NCBI GenBank assembly: GCA_017452545.1
Contig: JAFTME010000107.1
Coordinates: 828 to 64,827 of the forward strand
Direction: 5' to 3'
DNA length: 64,000 bases
DNA from: Clostridia bacterium
GTDB taxonomy: Bacteria > Bacillota > Clostridia > Oscillospirales > CAG-272
The notes under the pieces were generated by a model, which saw nothing but the letters and a program-made list of their open reading frames with translations, made no database searches and had not been told where the DNA came from. A program made the position numbers and the translations under genes. Below are positions 35,667 through 46,649 of this stretch, piece by piece (positions within the stretch are counted from its first letter, which is position 1; each line of letters opens with the position of its first letter).

Positions 35667-36653
35667 ATGATCGATCTGAAAGGAAGAGATTTTCTCAAGC
35701 TGTTGGACTATACCCCCGAGGAGCTTGAGGGGCTGCTGGCGCTCGCCGCCGAGCTCAAGGCAAAGAAAAAAGCGGGCATCCCGCATAAAATACACGAGGG
35801 AAAAAACGTCGCCCTGATCTTCGAGAAGACCAGCACCCGCACACGCTGCGCCTTTGAGGTCGCCGCACACGATCTCGGCATGGGAACGACCTACCTTGAC
35901 CCCACCGGCTCGCAGATCGGTAAAAAGGAAAGCATCGCCGATACCGCGCGCGTGCTGTCCGGCATGTACGACGGCATCGAATACCGCGGCTTCGGCCAGG
36001 AGATCGTCGAGGAGCTGGCACACTATACCTCCGTTCCCGTCTGGAACGGTCTGACCAATGAATTCCACCCCACCCAGATCCTTGCCGATTTTCTGACCAT
36101 CAAGGAAAAATTCGGCAAGCTCAAGGGCATCAACTTTGTCTACATGGGCGACGCCCGCTATAACATGGGCAACTCGCTGATGGTCGGCTGCGCCATGATG
36201 GGCCTCAACTTCACCGCCTGCGCCCCCCGCGCCTACTTCCCCGACGCTGCGCTGATCGAGCAGGCACAGGCCCTGGCAAGCAAGAGCGGCGCTACGCTGC
36301 GCTTTATCGAGGACCCGGCCGAGGCTGCCGCCGGTGCCGACGTCATCTATACCGACGTCTGGGTGTCCATGGGTGAGCCGATCGCCGTTTGGGAGGAGCG
36401 CATCCGCGACCTCTCCCCCTATCAGGTCAACGCCGCACTCATGCAAAAGGCAAACCCCGGTGCCGTCTTTATGCATTGCCTCCCCGCCTTCCACGACATG
36501 AAAACGACGGTCGGCAAGGAAATGGGAGAGAAATTCGGGCGTACCGAAATGGAGGTCACCGACGAGGTCTTTGAATCGGCACAGTCGGTCGTTTTCGACG
36601 AGGCGGAAAACCGTATGCACACCATCAAGGCGGTCATGGCGGCTACCCTGTGA
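35667..36653 (+). CDS. argF: ornithine carbamoyltransferase
   Basis: 328 aa with motifs STRTR, HPTQ and HCLP. Confidence 0.93.
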   Translation: MIDLKGRDFLKLLDYTPEELEGLLALAAELKAKKKAGIPHKIHEGKNVALIFEKTSTRTRCAFEVAAHDLGMGTTYLDPTGSQIGKKESIADTARVLSGMYDGIEYRGFGQEIVEELAHYTSVPVWNGLTNEFHPTQILADFLTIKEKFGKLKGINFVYMGDARYNMGNSLMVGCAMMGLNFTACAPRAYFPDAALIEQAQALASKSGATLRFIEDPAEAAAGADVIYTDVWVSMGEPIAVWEERIRDLSPYQVNAALMQKANPGAVFMHCLPAFHDMKTTVGKEMGEKFGRTEMEVTDEVFESAQSVVFDEAENRMHTIKAVMAATL

Positions 36654-36713
36654 CGTATCGCGAGAAAAATCAGAAAAAACAACGGAAAAACCGTACTTTT
36701 GCCAAGAATGCTC

Positions 36714-36742
36714 TTGACAAAGTCGGCTCTTTATGCTACAAT
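36714..36742 (+). promoter_or_regulatory. sigma-A promoter of the lysine-riboswitch leader
   Basis: TTGACA, 17-nt spacer, TACAAT. Confidence 0.65.
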
Positions 36743-36751
36743 ACATCCAAC

Positions 36752-36915
36752 CGATAGAGGCGCATCTTGAGATCAGTACCCCCTGCATATGCGGCAGACC
36801 GTGCCGACGGGGTGAAAGGCTCGGGTGCCGAAGATACCCTGTGGTACAAGGGTGTTCTGGCAACAGGAAATAAGATTTTTGTTGCTGTCGCAGAAATGCG
36901 GAGCGCTATCTGAGT
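36752..36915 (+). promoter_or_regulatory. lysine riboswitch (L-box) aptamer
   Basis: P1 forms from GATAGAGGCGC...GAGCGCTATC. Conserved core elements are present: AGAGGCGC, GAGATCAGTA, GGGGTGAAAGG, TGCCGAAG and CTGTCGCA. It sits ahead of dapA-dapB-lysA. Confidence 0.85.
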
Positions 36916-36986
36916 TTGATCCAATATATCCAACCGGTACGGGTGTGCTTTCCCTGTGCCCACTTACGGATATTTGTGCAAATGAC

Positions 36987-37015
36987 GGTGGCTGCTTGAT
37001 CGGCAGCCACCTTTT
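36987..37015 (+). terminator. riboswitch expression-platform terminator
   Basis: GGTGGCTGC / GCAGCCACC stem followed by TTTT. Confidence 0.8.
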
Positions 37016-37053
37016 CCATGTAAAAAATCACGTTAAAAATAAAGGAGATCGTT

Positions 37054-37941
37054 ATGAGCAATCCCATTTTCCGCGGTGCAGCCACCGCCATTATCACCCC
37101 CATGAGAGAAAATTCCATCGACTACGAGGCATACGGCAAGCTGATCGACTGGCAGCTGAACGAGGGCATCAACGCCATTGTTGCCGCCGGTACGACGGGC
37201 GAGGGCTCTACCCTGACCGACGAGGAGCACCGCGAGGTCATCCGCTATACCGTTGAGCGCGTCGCTCACCGCGTTCCCGTCATCGCGGGCACCGGCTCCA
37301 ACGACACCGCCTACGCCATCGACCTGACTCGCTTCTCCTGCGAGGTCGGCGCCGACGCCATGCTGGTCGTTTCCCCCTATTATAACAAGGCAACACAGAA
37401 CGGTCTGATCAAGTCGTTCACCGCCATTGCCGACGCCAGCGATAAGCCGATCATTCTTTATAACGTTCCCTCTCGCACCGGCTGCAACATTCTGCCCAAG
37501 ACGGCAGCTGCCCTTGCAGAGCACCCCATGATCACCGCCATGAAGGAAGCCAGCGGCAACATCTCCCAGATCGCCGAGCTTGCTGCCCTGACCCGCGGTA
37601 AGATGGATATCTATTCGGGCAACGACGATCAGATCGTCCCCGTTCTCTCTCTGGGTGGACAGGGCGTTATCTCCGTTCTGTCCAACGTCATGCCCCGCGC
37701 AACGGTTAACATCTGCAACCGCTTCTTTGCCGGCGACGTCGCCGGCAGCTGTCAGCTGCAGCTCGACCTTCTGCCGCTGATCAACGCACTGTTCAGCGAG
37801 GTCAATCCTATTCCCGTCAAGGCTGCCATGGCTGCCATGGGCTATTGCGAGGACATCCTTCGCCTGCCCCTGACCCCCATGGAGGACGCAAATCGCGAAA
37901 AGCTGCTCGCGCTGATGAGGGCGCAGGGGCTGATCGCATAA
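37054..37941 (+). CDS. dapA: 4-hydroxy-tetrahydrodipicolinate synthase
   Basis: 295 aa. Shows GTTGE and the typical DapA N-terminus GAATAIITPM. Confidence 0.93.
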   Translation: MSNPIFRGAATAIITPMRENSIDYEAYGKLIDWQLNEGINAIVAAGTTGEGSTLTDEEHREVIRYTVERVAHRVPVIAGTGSNDTAYAIDLTRFSCEVGADAMLVVSPYYNKATQNGLIKSFTAIADASDKPIILYNVPSRTGCNILPKTAAALAEHPMITAMKEASGNISQIAELAALTRGKMDIYSGNDDQIVPVLSLGGQGVISVLSNVMPRATVNICNRFFAGDVAGSCQLQLDLLPLINALFSEVNPIPVKAAMAAMGYCEDILRLPLTPMEDANREKLLALMRAQGLIA

Positions 37942-37954
37942 ACGGAGGCGCATC

Positions 37955-38701
37955 ATGAGCATTCGAATTCTGATCTGCGGTATGAACGGGCGTATGGGAC
38001 AGCAGGTCACCGCAACCGTCACCGCCGGCTACCGCGATACCGTCCTCGTCGCAGGCGTGGATACCAATCCCTGCACGGGCAGCGTTCCCTGCTACACCTC
38101 GCTGCAGGACGTAACGCAGAGCGTGGACTGTATCATTGACTTTTCTCATCATAGTGCAACCGCCTCGCTGACCGACTACGCCTGCCGCCGCGGCATCCCG
38201 CTGGTCATCGCCACCACCGGGCAGACCGAGGACGAGCTGGCGATGATCCGCAGCGCCTCCGAGCAAATCCCCGTCTTTTTCTCCGCCAACTATTCTCTTG
38301 GCGTCGCCCTTTTGGTCGAGCTTGCAAAAAAGGCAGCCGCCGCCATGCCCGACGCCGATATCGAGATCGTCGAAAAGCACCATAACCGTAAGCTGGATGC
38401 TCCCAGCGGAACCGCACTGATGATCGCCAACGCCATCCGTACCGTCAGAGAAAAGGCGCAACTCGTCTGCGGCAGATCGGGCATGGCAAAGCGCACTCCC
38501 GAGGAGATCGGCATTCACGCCGTCCGCATGGGCAATATCATCGGCGAGCACGAGGTGCTCATCGGAACCGACTCCCAAACCATTACCATCAAGCACGAAG
38601 CACACAGCCGCTCGCTGTTTGCTGAGGGTGCCGTGGCTGCCGCCGCCTTCCTTGTCGGACAGCGCGCCGGACTTTACGACATGAAATCGCTGCTTGGCTG
38701 A
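37955..38701 (+). CDS. dapB: 4-hydroxy-tetrahydrodipicolinate reductase
   Basis: 248 aa. Has the motif EKHHNRKLDAPSGTA. Confidence 0.92.
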   Translation: MSIRILICGMNGRMGQQVTATVTAGYRDTVLVAGVDTNPCTGSVPCYTSLQDVTQSVDCIIDFSHHSATASLTDYACRRGIPLVIATTGQTEDELAMIRSASEQIPVFFSANYSLGVALLVELAKKAAAAMPDADIEIVEKHHNRKLDAPSGTALMIANAIRTVREKAQLVCGRSGMAKRTPEEIGIHAVRMGNIIGEHEVLIGTDSQTITIKHEAHSRSLFAEGAVAAAAFLVGQRAGLYDMKSLLG

Positions 38702-38713
38702 TACGAGGTTGCT

Positions 38714-40024
38714 ATGATCTGTAACAATATTACCATTCAAAACAATACGCTGTATTTCGGCGGACTGGATACCACCGCACTGATCAAAAAGTACGGCTCT
38801 CCGCTGTATCTGATCGACGAGGCTCGCATCCGTCATAATTGCCGCGTCTATATGCAAGCCATGCGCCAAGCCTTCGGTGAGAGCGCTCTTCCGCTGTACG
38901 CAGGTAAGGCTGCCTGCTTCAAGCGAATGTATGAAATCATCCGTGAGGAGGGCATGGGAGCTGACGTCGTCTCTGTCGGTGAGATCTACACGGCATACCG
39001 CGCAGGCTTCCCCATGGAAAAGACTTACTTCCACAGCAACAATAAGACCGACGAGGATATCGTCTACGCCATGGAGCACGGCGTCGGCGCCTTCGTCGTC
39101 GACAACGTCGAGGAACTGTACGCCATCGACCGCGAGGCAACCGCGCGCGGCATCAAGCAAAAGGTGCTGCTGCGACTGACACCGGGCATCGATCCCCACA
39201 CCTACGAGGCTGTCGCCACAGGGCGCGTCGATTCCAAGTTCGGCTCCGCCATCGAAACGGGGCAGGCATACGCCATCACCCGCGAGGCGCTGCAGCTCGG
39301 CGGTATCCACCTCGCAGGCTTCCATTGTCACGTCGGCTCTCAGGTGTTTGACTCCGAGGTGTTCCTGCGCGCAGGCGAGATCATGCTCGCCTTTGTCGCC
39401 GAGATCTACCGCAAGGAGGGCTACCTCGCCGAGGAGCTGGACCTCGGTGGCGGCTACGGCGTCCGCTATCTTGAAAGCGACCCCTATATTGATATTGCCG
39501 CCAACGTCGCACAGGTCGCCGACCATCTTAAGCTGACCGCAGCCTCGCTGAATATCCCCCTCCCCGCCATCCGTATGGAGCCGGGACGCAGCATCGTCGC
39601 CGATGCCGGCATGACGCTGTACACCGTCGGTACCATCAAGCGCATCCCCGGCTATAAAAACTATGTTTCGGTGGACGGCGGCATGACGGATAACCCCCGC
39701 TATGCCCTCTATCGCTCCCCTTATACCGTCCTGCTTGCCAACCGCGCCTCCGAGCCCTGCGACTTTGTTTGCTCCGTGGTCGGTCGTTGCTGCGAGAGCG
39801 GCGATATCCTGCAGGAAAACGTCTCTCTTCCCGCCTCCGTCAGCCGCGGCGATATCCTTGCCGTCCTGACCACGGGCGCCTACAACTACGCCATGTCCTC
39901 CAATTATAACCGCATCCCCCGCCTGCCCGTCGTCATGGTCAACGCCGCAGCCGCAGACGGAAAAACGGACTATATCGCCGTGCGCCGTGAAACACCCGAG
40001 GACGTGTCGCGCAACGACCTCTGA
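38714..40024 (+). CDS. lysA: diaminopimelate decarboxylase
   Basis: 436 aa. Shows the YAGKA PLP-lysine region, HCHVGSQ, and the EPGR and CESGD motifs. Confidence 0.92.
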   Translation: MICNNITIQNNTLYFGGLDTTALIKKYGSPLYLIDEARIRHNCRVYMQAMRQAFGESALPLYAGKAACFKRMYEIIREEGMGADVVSVGEIYTAYRAGFPMEKTYFHSNNKTDEDIVYAMEHGVGAFVVDNVEELYAIDREATARGIKQKVLLRLTPGIDPHTYEAVATGRVDSKFGSAIETGQAYAITREALQLGGIHLAGFHCHVGSQVFDSEVFLRAGEIMLAFVAEIYRKEGYLAEELDLGGGYGVRYLESDPYIDIAANVAQVADHLKLTAASLNIPLPAIRMEPGRSIVADAGMTLYTVGTIKRIPGYKNYVSVDGGMTDNPRYALYRSPYTVLLANRASEPCDFVCSVVGRCCESGDILQENVSLPASVSRGDILAVLTTGAYNYAMSSNYNRIPRLPVVMVNAAAADGKTDYIAVRRETPEDVSRNDL

Positions 40025-40045
40025 TTCAAAGGAAAGGAGCTCCAT

Positions 40046-40519
40046 ATGATCAAACGAAAGCTTAGCATGGTTGGTCGCTTTGCCTGCCTCTATGTTGCCG
40101 TATTTATTCTCGGCTCTGCCATTTTCGGTGTCCTGACCGAGCACGTCGGAGACTATCAGCTGCTGCGCCTGATCATTATGAGTGCCGTCGCCGCCCTGAT
40201 CATGACGGCAGGCGTGACCGTATTTCGCATCCGCAGTCCCCGCCTTAAGCGCGCCTTTCGCGAAGCAGCCACCAAAGGGCACGGCTCCGGCACCGTCATC
40301 TTCAAATCCGGTGAATTTTTTGCCGAGCTGCTGGTTACCGTCGCAACGCTGCTGCTTGCTGCCGTACTGCTGCTCTTCTCGGGAAAGCAGCTGCTCAAAT
40401 CGGACGCGATCACCAACACCACGCTGGCAACTTACGTCGTCCTTGCAGGAACCATCTCCTTTCTGCTGCTCGACGGCATCAGCTGGGCGATTACAACTGC
40501 CTTCCTGCGCAAGCAATAA
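40046..40519 (+). CDS. small integral membrane protein, unknown function
   Basis: 157 aa with four predicted hydrophobic helices. AAGGAG SD. Last gene of the lysine operon. Confidence 0.65.
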   Translation: MIKRKLSMVGRFACLYVAVFILGSAIFGVLTEHVGDYQLLRLIIMSAVAALIMTAGVTVFRIRSPRLKRAFREAATKGHGSGTVIFKSGEFFAELLVTVATLLLAAVLLLFSGKQLLKSDAITNTTLATYVVLAGTISFLLLDGISWAITTAFLRKQ

Positions 40520-40533
40520 CGTCTTGCATATAC

Positions 40534-40575
40534 AAAATGGGGTTGACCTTCTTTTGAAGGTCAACCCCATTTTTA
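40534..40575. terminator. bidirectional terminator
   Basis: AAAATGGGGTTGACCTT-CTTTTG-AAGGTCAACCCCATTTT. Confidence 0.85.
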
Positions 40576-41538
40576 TTATTTCTTCTGAACCGCCATCGCG
40601 CACCAGCCGTTGTCAATCGCCTTTTCAATAACGCCAAAGCCGTGCGCCTCCAGCGCCGCTACAACGTCATCGCTGCGCTCCTCGATGATGCCCGATACCA
40701 GCAGCACCGTGTTCTCGTGCATCAGCTCACCAACGTCAGGCGTCATGCGAATGATAATATCTGCAACAATATTCGCCGTGATCAGATCGTACGCCCCCTC
40801 AGAGCGATCGACCTGGCGCAGCAGATCGGACACTCCGCAGATAATGTTGGTCTGTCCGCTGTCCTTGACGTTTTCGTTTGCCACACGCACCGCCATCGGA
40901 TCAATGTCGTAAGCGCGGCAGCTTCCCGCCCCCAGCTTGGAGGCACAAATGGCAAGAATACCGCTTCCCGTACCGACGTCCAGCATACGGCATCCGGGCT
41001 TGGTGTATTTTTCCAAAAGACCGATCACCAGTCGCGTCGTCTCATGCGAGCCGGTACCAAACGCCATGCCGGGATCCATGGTAACAATGATCTCACCGGG
41101 CTTGGCCTCGTATTTCTCCCACGCGGGAACGATCACGATGCGCTCACCAATGTGCAGCGGCTTGTAGTACGCCTTCCACGCGTTTGCCCAGTCCTCCTCG
41201 TTGACACCGTCGATCTCGATTTTGGCATCTCCCTCCAGCCCCTCCTCGGCAAGGCGGGCACGGATAAAGGCAAGATCGTCCGCAAAGGAACGGTCACCGG
41301 GAACGAAAACGGATACCGAGGCAATGGTCTTGTCTGCGTTGAGAATGCTCTCGTCGATTAAATCGCCGTAGCAGGTCTTGAGATCAATATCGCTGTAGTC
41401 CTCGATCATCAGATTGTTGTTGACCATGCTCATGATGGCAACCATGTCGTCCAGCCTTGCCAGCGGAACGGTTACCTTGATCTGCGTCCATTCGCGCACG
41501 TCACCGCGATCCTCGCAGCAGTAATCCTTATCTATCAT
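40576..41538 (-). CDS. prmA: ribosomal protein L11 methyltransferase
   Basis: 320 aa. SAM motif LDVGTGSGILAI. Located downstream of dnaJ. Confidence 0.9.
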   Translation of the reverse strand: MIDKDYCCEDRGDVREWTQIKVTVPLARLDDMVAIMSMVNNNLMIEDYSDIDLKTCYGDLIDESILNADKTIASVSVFVPGDRSFADDLAFIRARLAEEGLEGDAKIEIDGVNEEDWANAWKAYYKPLHIGERIVIVPAWEKYEAKPGEIIVTMDPGMAFGTGSHETTRLVIGLLEKYTKPGCRMLDVGTGSGILAICASKLGAGSCRAYDIDPMAVRVANENVKDSGQTNIICGVSDLLRQVDRSEGAYDLITANIVADIIIRMTPDVGELMHENTVLLVSGIIEERSDDVVAALEAHGFGVIEKAIDNGWCAMAVQKK

Positions 41539-41550
41539 GCTGTCTCTCCC

Positions 41551-42693
41551 TTATTTCTTTCGCTTGAAAAATCCGGTACGCTTGGTGTAGTTGCTCTCAC
41601 CGCAGCTCTCGGCAAACGCCCGCATAGCGTTGATCTGCTTTTCCGTCAGACTGCGCGGGATCTCCACCTTGACGGTAAAGATCAGATCTCCGCGACGGTT
41701 TTGTGTACGCGGAACGGGAATCCCCTTGCCGCGAACGGTAAACGTCGTATCCGGCTGCGTGCCGTCGGGAATGGTGTATTTCATGCTGCCCTCAAGCGTG
41801 GGGATGTCGATCTCCGCACCCAGCGTCGCCTCGGCAACGGTAATGGGCACCTCACAGTAAATATTAAAGCCATCGCGCTCAAAGGCGGAGTGCTTACGTA
41901 CCGAAACCGCCACGACCAGATCGCCCGCAGGACCGCCGTTTTTGCCGTCGCAGCCCATTCCGCGCAGCGCAATGCGCTCACCATTGTCAATGCCGGCAGG
42001 CACGTTGATGGTCACGTTTTTGTTTTCGCGGCGCGTTCCCGCTCCGCGACAGGTCGAGCAGGGCGTTTTGATGATCTTACCCGTTCCGCGGCAGCTCTCA
42101 CAGGTAGTCGTCGACTGGAAGGACATTCCGCCCATGCGCTGTACCACTACGCGCTGACCGCTGCCGTGGCAGACCGAGCACGTCTCGGGCGCCGTACCGC
42201 TCGCCGCACCGGATCCACCGCAATCGGGGCATTTGCTGATGCGCGTGTAGGTCACGTCCTTCTTGGCGCCAAAGGCTGCCTCCTCAAAGGTAATGGAAAT
42301 GCGCAGACCGATATCGTCACCGCGCTCGGGCGCATTGGGGTTGCGTCTGCGGGAGCCGCCACCAAAGCCGCTGCCAAAGATCGAACCGAAAATATCGCCA
42401 AGATCCCCAAAGTCACCAAAGCCGCCGCTAAAACCGCCACCGTACGCACCGGCACCCGCCGACGGATCAAACGCCGCATGACCGAACTGGTCATACTTTG
42501 CTCTCTTGTCCGCATCGGAAAGCACGCCGTACGCCTCGTTGACCTCCTTGAATTTTTCCTCAGCTTCCTTGTCGCCGGGGTTTTTGTCGGGATGATACTT
42601 TTTCGCCAGCGACCAGTACGCCTTTTTTATCGCATTTTCGTCGGCACTCTTGTCAATGCCAAGCACCTCATAATAATCTCTTTTTTCTGCCAT
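41551..42693 (-). CDS. dnaJ: molecular chaperone DnaJ
   Basis: Start at [14 protein letters not shown]-domain HPD, a G/F-rich region and four CxxCxGxG zinc motifs. Confidence 0.95.
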   Translation of the reverse strand: MAEKRDYYEVLGIDKSADENAIKKAYWSLAKKYHPDKNPGDKEAEEKFKEVNEAYGVLSDADKRAKYDQFGHAAFDPSAGAGAYGGGFSGGFGDFGDLGDIFGSIFGSGFGGGSRRRNPNAPERGDDIGLRISITFEEAAFGAKKDVTYTRISKCPDCGGSGAASGTAPETCSVCHGSGQRVVVQRMGGMSFQSTTTCESCRGTGKIIKTPCSTCRGAGTRRENKNVTINVPAGIDNGERIALRGMGCDGKNGGPAGDLVVAVSVRKHSAFERDGFNIYCEVPITVAEATLGAEIDIPTLEGSMKYTIPDGTQPDTTFTVRGKGIPVPRTQNRRGDLIFTVKVEIPRSLTEKQINAMRAFAESCGESNYTKRTGFFKRKK

Positions 42694-42843
42694 AATGATC
42701 AACCTCTCTTGTCGTTGATAAAGTTTCTGCCGTGATCCACAGCTCCGCCCTGCGGGGACATGGATCGCGGCAGCAACCGCCGATCTGCCAAACACACCCT
42801 TGCGGGAAAGGGCTTTCGCCCTTCCCCGCCTTTTTTGTGCTTA

Positions 42844-44673
42844 TCAGTTGCTGTGATCCTCGTAGTTTGCGTCGTAGTAGGTGCCGTCGCCGCCCTGTGC
42901 GCCGCCGTTGGGATCGCCCTCAGGTGCGCCACCCTGTGCAGCCTGCTCCTTGTAGACCTTCTCCGCGATGGGATAGAATGCCTTCTGCAGCGCATCGGTG
43001 TCTGCCTTGATTGCCTCAACGTCACCGCTCTCAACGGTTGCCTTGAGCTTTGCAATGGCGTCATTGACGGGAGCCTTGTCAGCCTCGGTGATCTTGTCGC
43101 CGAACTCATTCATACTCTTCTCGATCTGGAAGATCATGGACTCTGCCTGGTTCTTAACCTCAACAGCCTCCTTGAGCTTCTTGTCCTCGTCGGCAAACTT
43201 CTCCGCCTCGCGGACTGCCTTCTCAATATCCTCCTTGCTCATGTTAGAGGAGGAGGTAATGGTAATGTGCTGCTCCTTGCCGGTGCCCTTGTCGGTCGCG
43301 GTTACGTTAACGATACCGTTGGCATCGATATCAAAGGTAACCTCGATCTGAGGTACGCCACGGGGAGCGGGAGCGATGCCGTCGAGGTGGAAGCGACCCA
43401 GCGTAGTGTTACCGGCTGCCATCTCGCGCTCACCCTGCAGAACGTGAACCTCAACGCCGGGCTGGTTGTCAGCTGCGGTGGAGAAGACCTGCGATTTCTT
43501 TACGGGAATGGTGGTGTTTCTGTCAATGATTCTGGTGAAGACGCCACCCAGAGTCTCAATACCGAGAGACAGAGGCGTAACGTCGAGCAGCAGCAGATCC
43601 TGTACGTCGCCGCCAAGAACGCCGCCCTGAATAGCCGCACCAACGGCTACACACTCGTCGGGGTTGATGCCCTTGAAGGGATCCTTGCCGATGAACTTGC
43701 GAACAGCCTCCTGAACAGCGGGAATACGGGTAGAACCGCCGACCAGCAGTACCTTATCGATCTGATTGATGGACAGACCTGCGTCAGCCAGAGCCTTCTT
43801 AGTGGGAACCATTGCACGCTCAACGAGGTCCGCCGTAATGCGATCAAACTCTGCGCGGGTCAGCGTTGCCTCAAAGTGCAGAGGACCTGCTGCCGTTGCG
43901 GTAATAAAGGGCAGATTGATCTCGGACGAGGTCACGCCGGACAACTCGATCTTAGCCTTCTCAGCCGCATCCTTCAGACGCTGCATGACCATCTTGTCGT
44001 TGCGCAGATCAACACCCTGCTCCTTCTGGAACTTGGTTGCGATCCAGTCGATGATTCTCTGGTCGAAATCGTCACCACCCAGCTTGGTGTCACCGTTGGT
44101 AGCAAGCACCTGGAACACACCGTCGCTGATCTCAAGCAGAGATACATCGAACGTACCGCCGCCCAGGTCAAAGACCATGATCTTCTGGTTGTCCTCTTTA
44201 TCCATACCGTAAGCCAGCGCTGCTGCCGTCGGCTCGTTGATGATTCTCTTGACCTCAAGACCTGCGATCTTACCCGCATCCTTGGTTGCCTGACGCTGTG
44301 CGTCGGAGAAGTAAGCGGGAACGGTGATGACCGCCTCGGTCACCTTGGTGCCGAGATAAGCCTCTGCATCTGCCTTGAGCTTCTGCAGAACCATAGCGGA
44401 GATCTCCTGAGGCGTGTAATTCTTGCCGTCGATGCCTACCTTGTAATCAGAGCCCATATGGCGCTTGATACTCATAACGGTGCGGTCGGGGTTGGTAATT
44501 GCCTGACGCTTTGCCACCTGACCGATCATTCTCTCGCCGGTCTTGGAGAACGCAACGACAGAGGGCGTGGTTCTCGCACCCTCAGGATTGGGGATAACGA
44601 TGGGCTCGGAGCCCTCGTAAACTGCTACACAAGAGTTGGTCGTACCCAAGTCAATACCGATAATCTTTCCCAT
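42844..44673 (-). CDS. dnaK: molecular chaperone DnaK
   Basis: Start at [14 protein letters not shown] with a GGAGG SD. Confidence 0.96.
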   Translation of the reverse strand: MGKIIGIDLGTTNSCVAVYEGSEPIVIPNPEGARTTPSVVAFSKTGERMIGQVAKRQAITNPDRTVMSIKRHMGSDYKVGIDGKNYTPQEISAMVLQKLKADAEAYLGTKVTEAVITVPAYFSDAQRQATKDAGKIAGLEVKRIINEPTAAALAYGMDKEDNQKIMVFDLGGGTFDVSLLEISDGVFQVLATNGDTKLGGDDFDQRIIDWIATKFQKEQGVDLRNDKMVMQRLKDAAEKAKIELSGVTSSEINLPFITATAAGPLHFEATLTRAEFDRITADLVERAMVPTKKALADAGLSINQIDKVLLVGGSTRIPAVQEAVRKFIGKDPFKGINPDECVAVGAAIQGGVLGGDVQDLLLLDVTPLSLGIETLGGVFTRIIDRNTTIPVKKSQVFSTAADNQPGVEVHVLQGEREMAAGNTTLGRFHLDGIAPAPRGVPQIEVTFDIDANGIVNVTATDKGTGKEQHITITSSSNMSKEDIEKAVREAEKFADEDKKLKEAVEVKNQAESMIFQIEKSMNEFGDKITEADKAPVNDAIAKLKATVESGDVEAIKADTDALQKAFYPIAEKVYKEQAAQGGAPEGDPNGGAQGGDGTYYDANYEDHSN

Positions 44674-44716
44674 GATAAAATTCCTCCTGAAATTCAATAA
44701 TATTTGTAATCATTTA

Positions 44717-45232
44717 TTAGTTTGCTACCTTGACCATGGCATAGCGAATGACACGGTCGCCGTACATATAGCCCTTTTGCAATACCTCGACGACCTCATT
44801 TTCGCCGAAGGCATCATCCTCCACGTGCATCACCGCGTTGTGACGCTCGGGATCAAACTGCTGCCCCAGCGCCTCGATCTCGGTCAACCCCATCTTTTTC
44901 AGGGCGTCGTCGAAGCTCTTGAGCACCATTGCCATTCCCTTACTGACCGCATCGGGATCGGTAAAGGCAGTGGCTCTTGCGAGAACGTCACCGATCGGCA
45001 GAATATCCTTGACCGCATCGGCATACGCCTCCGTGTAAGCGTTGCTCTTTTCCTTGACCGTACGCTTACGGAAATTGTCATACTCGGCAACCAAACGAAC
45101 GTACTTGTCATTCATTGCCTCCAGCTCCCGCTGTAAGCTCTCAATGCTCGCCTGCAGCTCCTCAACCGCCGCAGTCGCCGCCGCTTGCTCGCCGTCCTGC
45201 TCCTCGATGCTATTCTTCACTTCCTCCGCCAT
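44717..45232 (-). CDS. grpE: nucleotide exchange factor GrpE
   Basis: Start at MAEEVKNS with a GGAGG SD. Overlaps the hrcA end by 23 nt. Confidence 0.9.
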   Translation of the reverse strand: MAEEVKNSIEEQDGEQAAATAAVEELQASIESLQRELEAMNDKYVRLVAEYDNFRKRTVKEKSNAYTEAYADAVKDILPIGDVLARATAFTDPDAVSKGMAMVLKSFDDALKKMGLTEIEALGQQFDPERHNAVMHVEDDAFGENEVVEVLQKGYMYGDRVIRYAMVKVAN

Positions 45233-46334
45233 TTGCGTCTGCCTCCTTATCGTGCTTTTCCTGTTGCTCTGCCGTCTCACCCTCACCGATCATAACCGGC
45301 GTGCCCGACAGAATATCGGCAATATTGCCGCTGAGTCCCTCCAGCGTGGCAAAAACCTTGGCATAATCCATACGAAGCGGACCGATGACGCCGATCGCGC
45401 CCACCGGCTTGCCGTCCTTTTGGATGGTTTTAAAGACCACGGTAGAGTTGTTCATAACCTTGACCGAGCTTTCCGATCCGATTACGACGCCGCGACTGCC
45501 GCTCTCCGCCGCATCCGCGATCAGCTCCATCAGATCGTCCTTGCGCTCCAGCGCACCGAGCAAGCCCTGGAGCTGCTCCTTGTCGCTGTACTCGGGATAT
45601 TGCAGTAGCCTGTCAACACCCGAAACCTTGAGATCCCCGCTGTCCGACTCGCTCATCATCTCATAAATGACCTTCATCACGGGATTGACCAGCGCCGCAT
45701 CCTCTGCCATATCCGCCTCCATCGCCATTAAGATGGGCAGCGTGATGTCAGCCGCGCGTCGCTCGATCAGATGTGCGTTGAGCGCCGTCGTCAGACGGGC
45801 AACCGATGCGGTGTCCACGGGAAGCTCCAGCTTGATATTTTTCGTTTTGACCTCACCGCTCTTGGCGACCATAACCAGAACGAACTGCCCCGGTGCAATA
45901 TAGATTGCCTCATACCTCGCCGCAACGACCTCGTTGGCGCGCGGCTTGAGAGCAAAGGCGGTGTAGTTGGTTAGATTGGAGGCCAGACTGGACGCCGTCG
46001 CAAGGATCTGATCCAGCTCGCTCATCTTCGCCTTGAGAGCCTGATTGATCTGCGCGATCTCTCTTGCCGTCATGACGTAGTGCTCCACCAGAGAATCCAC
46101 GTAGAAGCGATAGCCAAGCTCGCTGGGCACACGGCCCGCCGAGGTGTGCGGCTGCTCCAGGTACCCCATGTCCTCCAGCTCCGCCATCTCGTTTCGGATG
46201 GTTGCCGAGGAGCAGGCGATCTGTTGCATGAGCACCTTTGAGCCGACCGGCTCACCGCCCGCAATATGCGCGTCAACAATAGCCTTGAGTATTTGTTTTT
46301 TACGTTCGCTCAAGCCCTGCTGTGCCGAACCCAT
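45210..46334 (-). CDS. hrcA: heat-inducible transcription repressor HrcA
   Basis: Start at MGSAQQGLSERKKQILKAIV. Winged-helix N-terminus typical of HrcA. Confidence 0.92.
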   Translation of the reverse strand: MGSAQQGLSERKKQILKAIVDAHIAGGEPVGSKVLMQQIACSSATIRNEMAELEDMGYLEQPHTSAGRVPSELGYRFYVDSLVEHYVMTAREIAQINQALKAKMSELDQILATASSLASNLTNYTAFALKPRANEVVAARYEAIYIAPGQFVLVMVAKSGEVKTKNIKLELPVDTASVARLTTALNAHLIERRAADITLPILMAMEADMAEDAALVNPVMKVIYEMMSESDSGDLKVSGVDRLLQYPEYSDKEQLQGLLGALERKDDLMELIADAAESGSRGVVIGSESSVKVMNNSTVVFKTIQKDGKPVGAIGVIGPLRMDYAKVFATLEGLSGNIADILSGTPVMIGEGETAEQQEKHDKEADANGGGSEE

Positions 46335-46389
46335 GACTGCTTCCCTTCCTTTCATCGCTTTCTCGTTCGAAGCGCCCTTTTTTGAATTT

Positions 46390-46416
46390 TTAGCACTCTA
46401 TATCACCAAGTGCTAA
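46390..46416. promoter_or_regulatory. CIRCE operator
   Basis: TTAGCACTC-N9-AAGTGCTAA, one mismatch to TTAGCACTC-N9-GAGTGCTAA. It lies between a TTGACA box (46457-46452) and the hrcA start. Confidence 0.88.
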
Positions 46417-46566
46417 ACTCACGATACAGTTTTACCACATTTGCGCCGTTTTGTCAAGAGGTTTTTTGAATTTTTTTATTATTTTTTGTTCTCAGTGCTA
46501 ATTTGCTCAAAAATTCACCGTGTATTCATAGAATGTTCTTAAAACTCCGTGTTTTTCATTTTTCCA

Positions 46567-46639
46567 ATAAAAAGCGCCGCCGGGCTTGCGTTGCAGTCGG
46601 TCAGATATCGACCCGACGGCAAAGCCGCACCCGGCAGCG
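46567..46639 (-). terminator. compound stem-loop terminating the dlt-like operon
   Basis: A 10-bp outer stem (one G-U pair) encloses an inner hairpin. A U-run follows on the minus strand. Confidence 0.5.
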
Positions 46640-46649
46640 AGGTGTTATT

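Noticed and set aside
35619-36863. 414-aa minus-strand ORF
   Set aside because: Antisense to argF, and it extends through the lysine-riboswitch promoter. Shadow ORF.
37817-40603. 928-aa minus-strand ORF, the longest ORF in the track
   Set aside because: It runs antisense to dapA, dapB and lysA, which all have strong family motifs, SDs and a lysine riboswitch. Its translation is low-complexity and rich in G, A, D, V and R. This is a typical high-GC shadow ORF.
42760-44700. 646-aa plus-strand ORF
   Set aside because: Antisense to dnaK, with no SD and no motifs. Shadow ORF.
46493-46501. Second CIRCE-like half-site CAGTGCTAA upstream of the hrcA promoter
   Set aside because: No matching left half-site (TTAGCACTC) occurs 9 nt upstream, so this is an orphan half-site and probably fortuitous.
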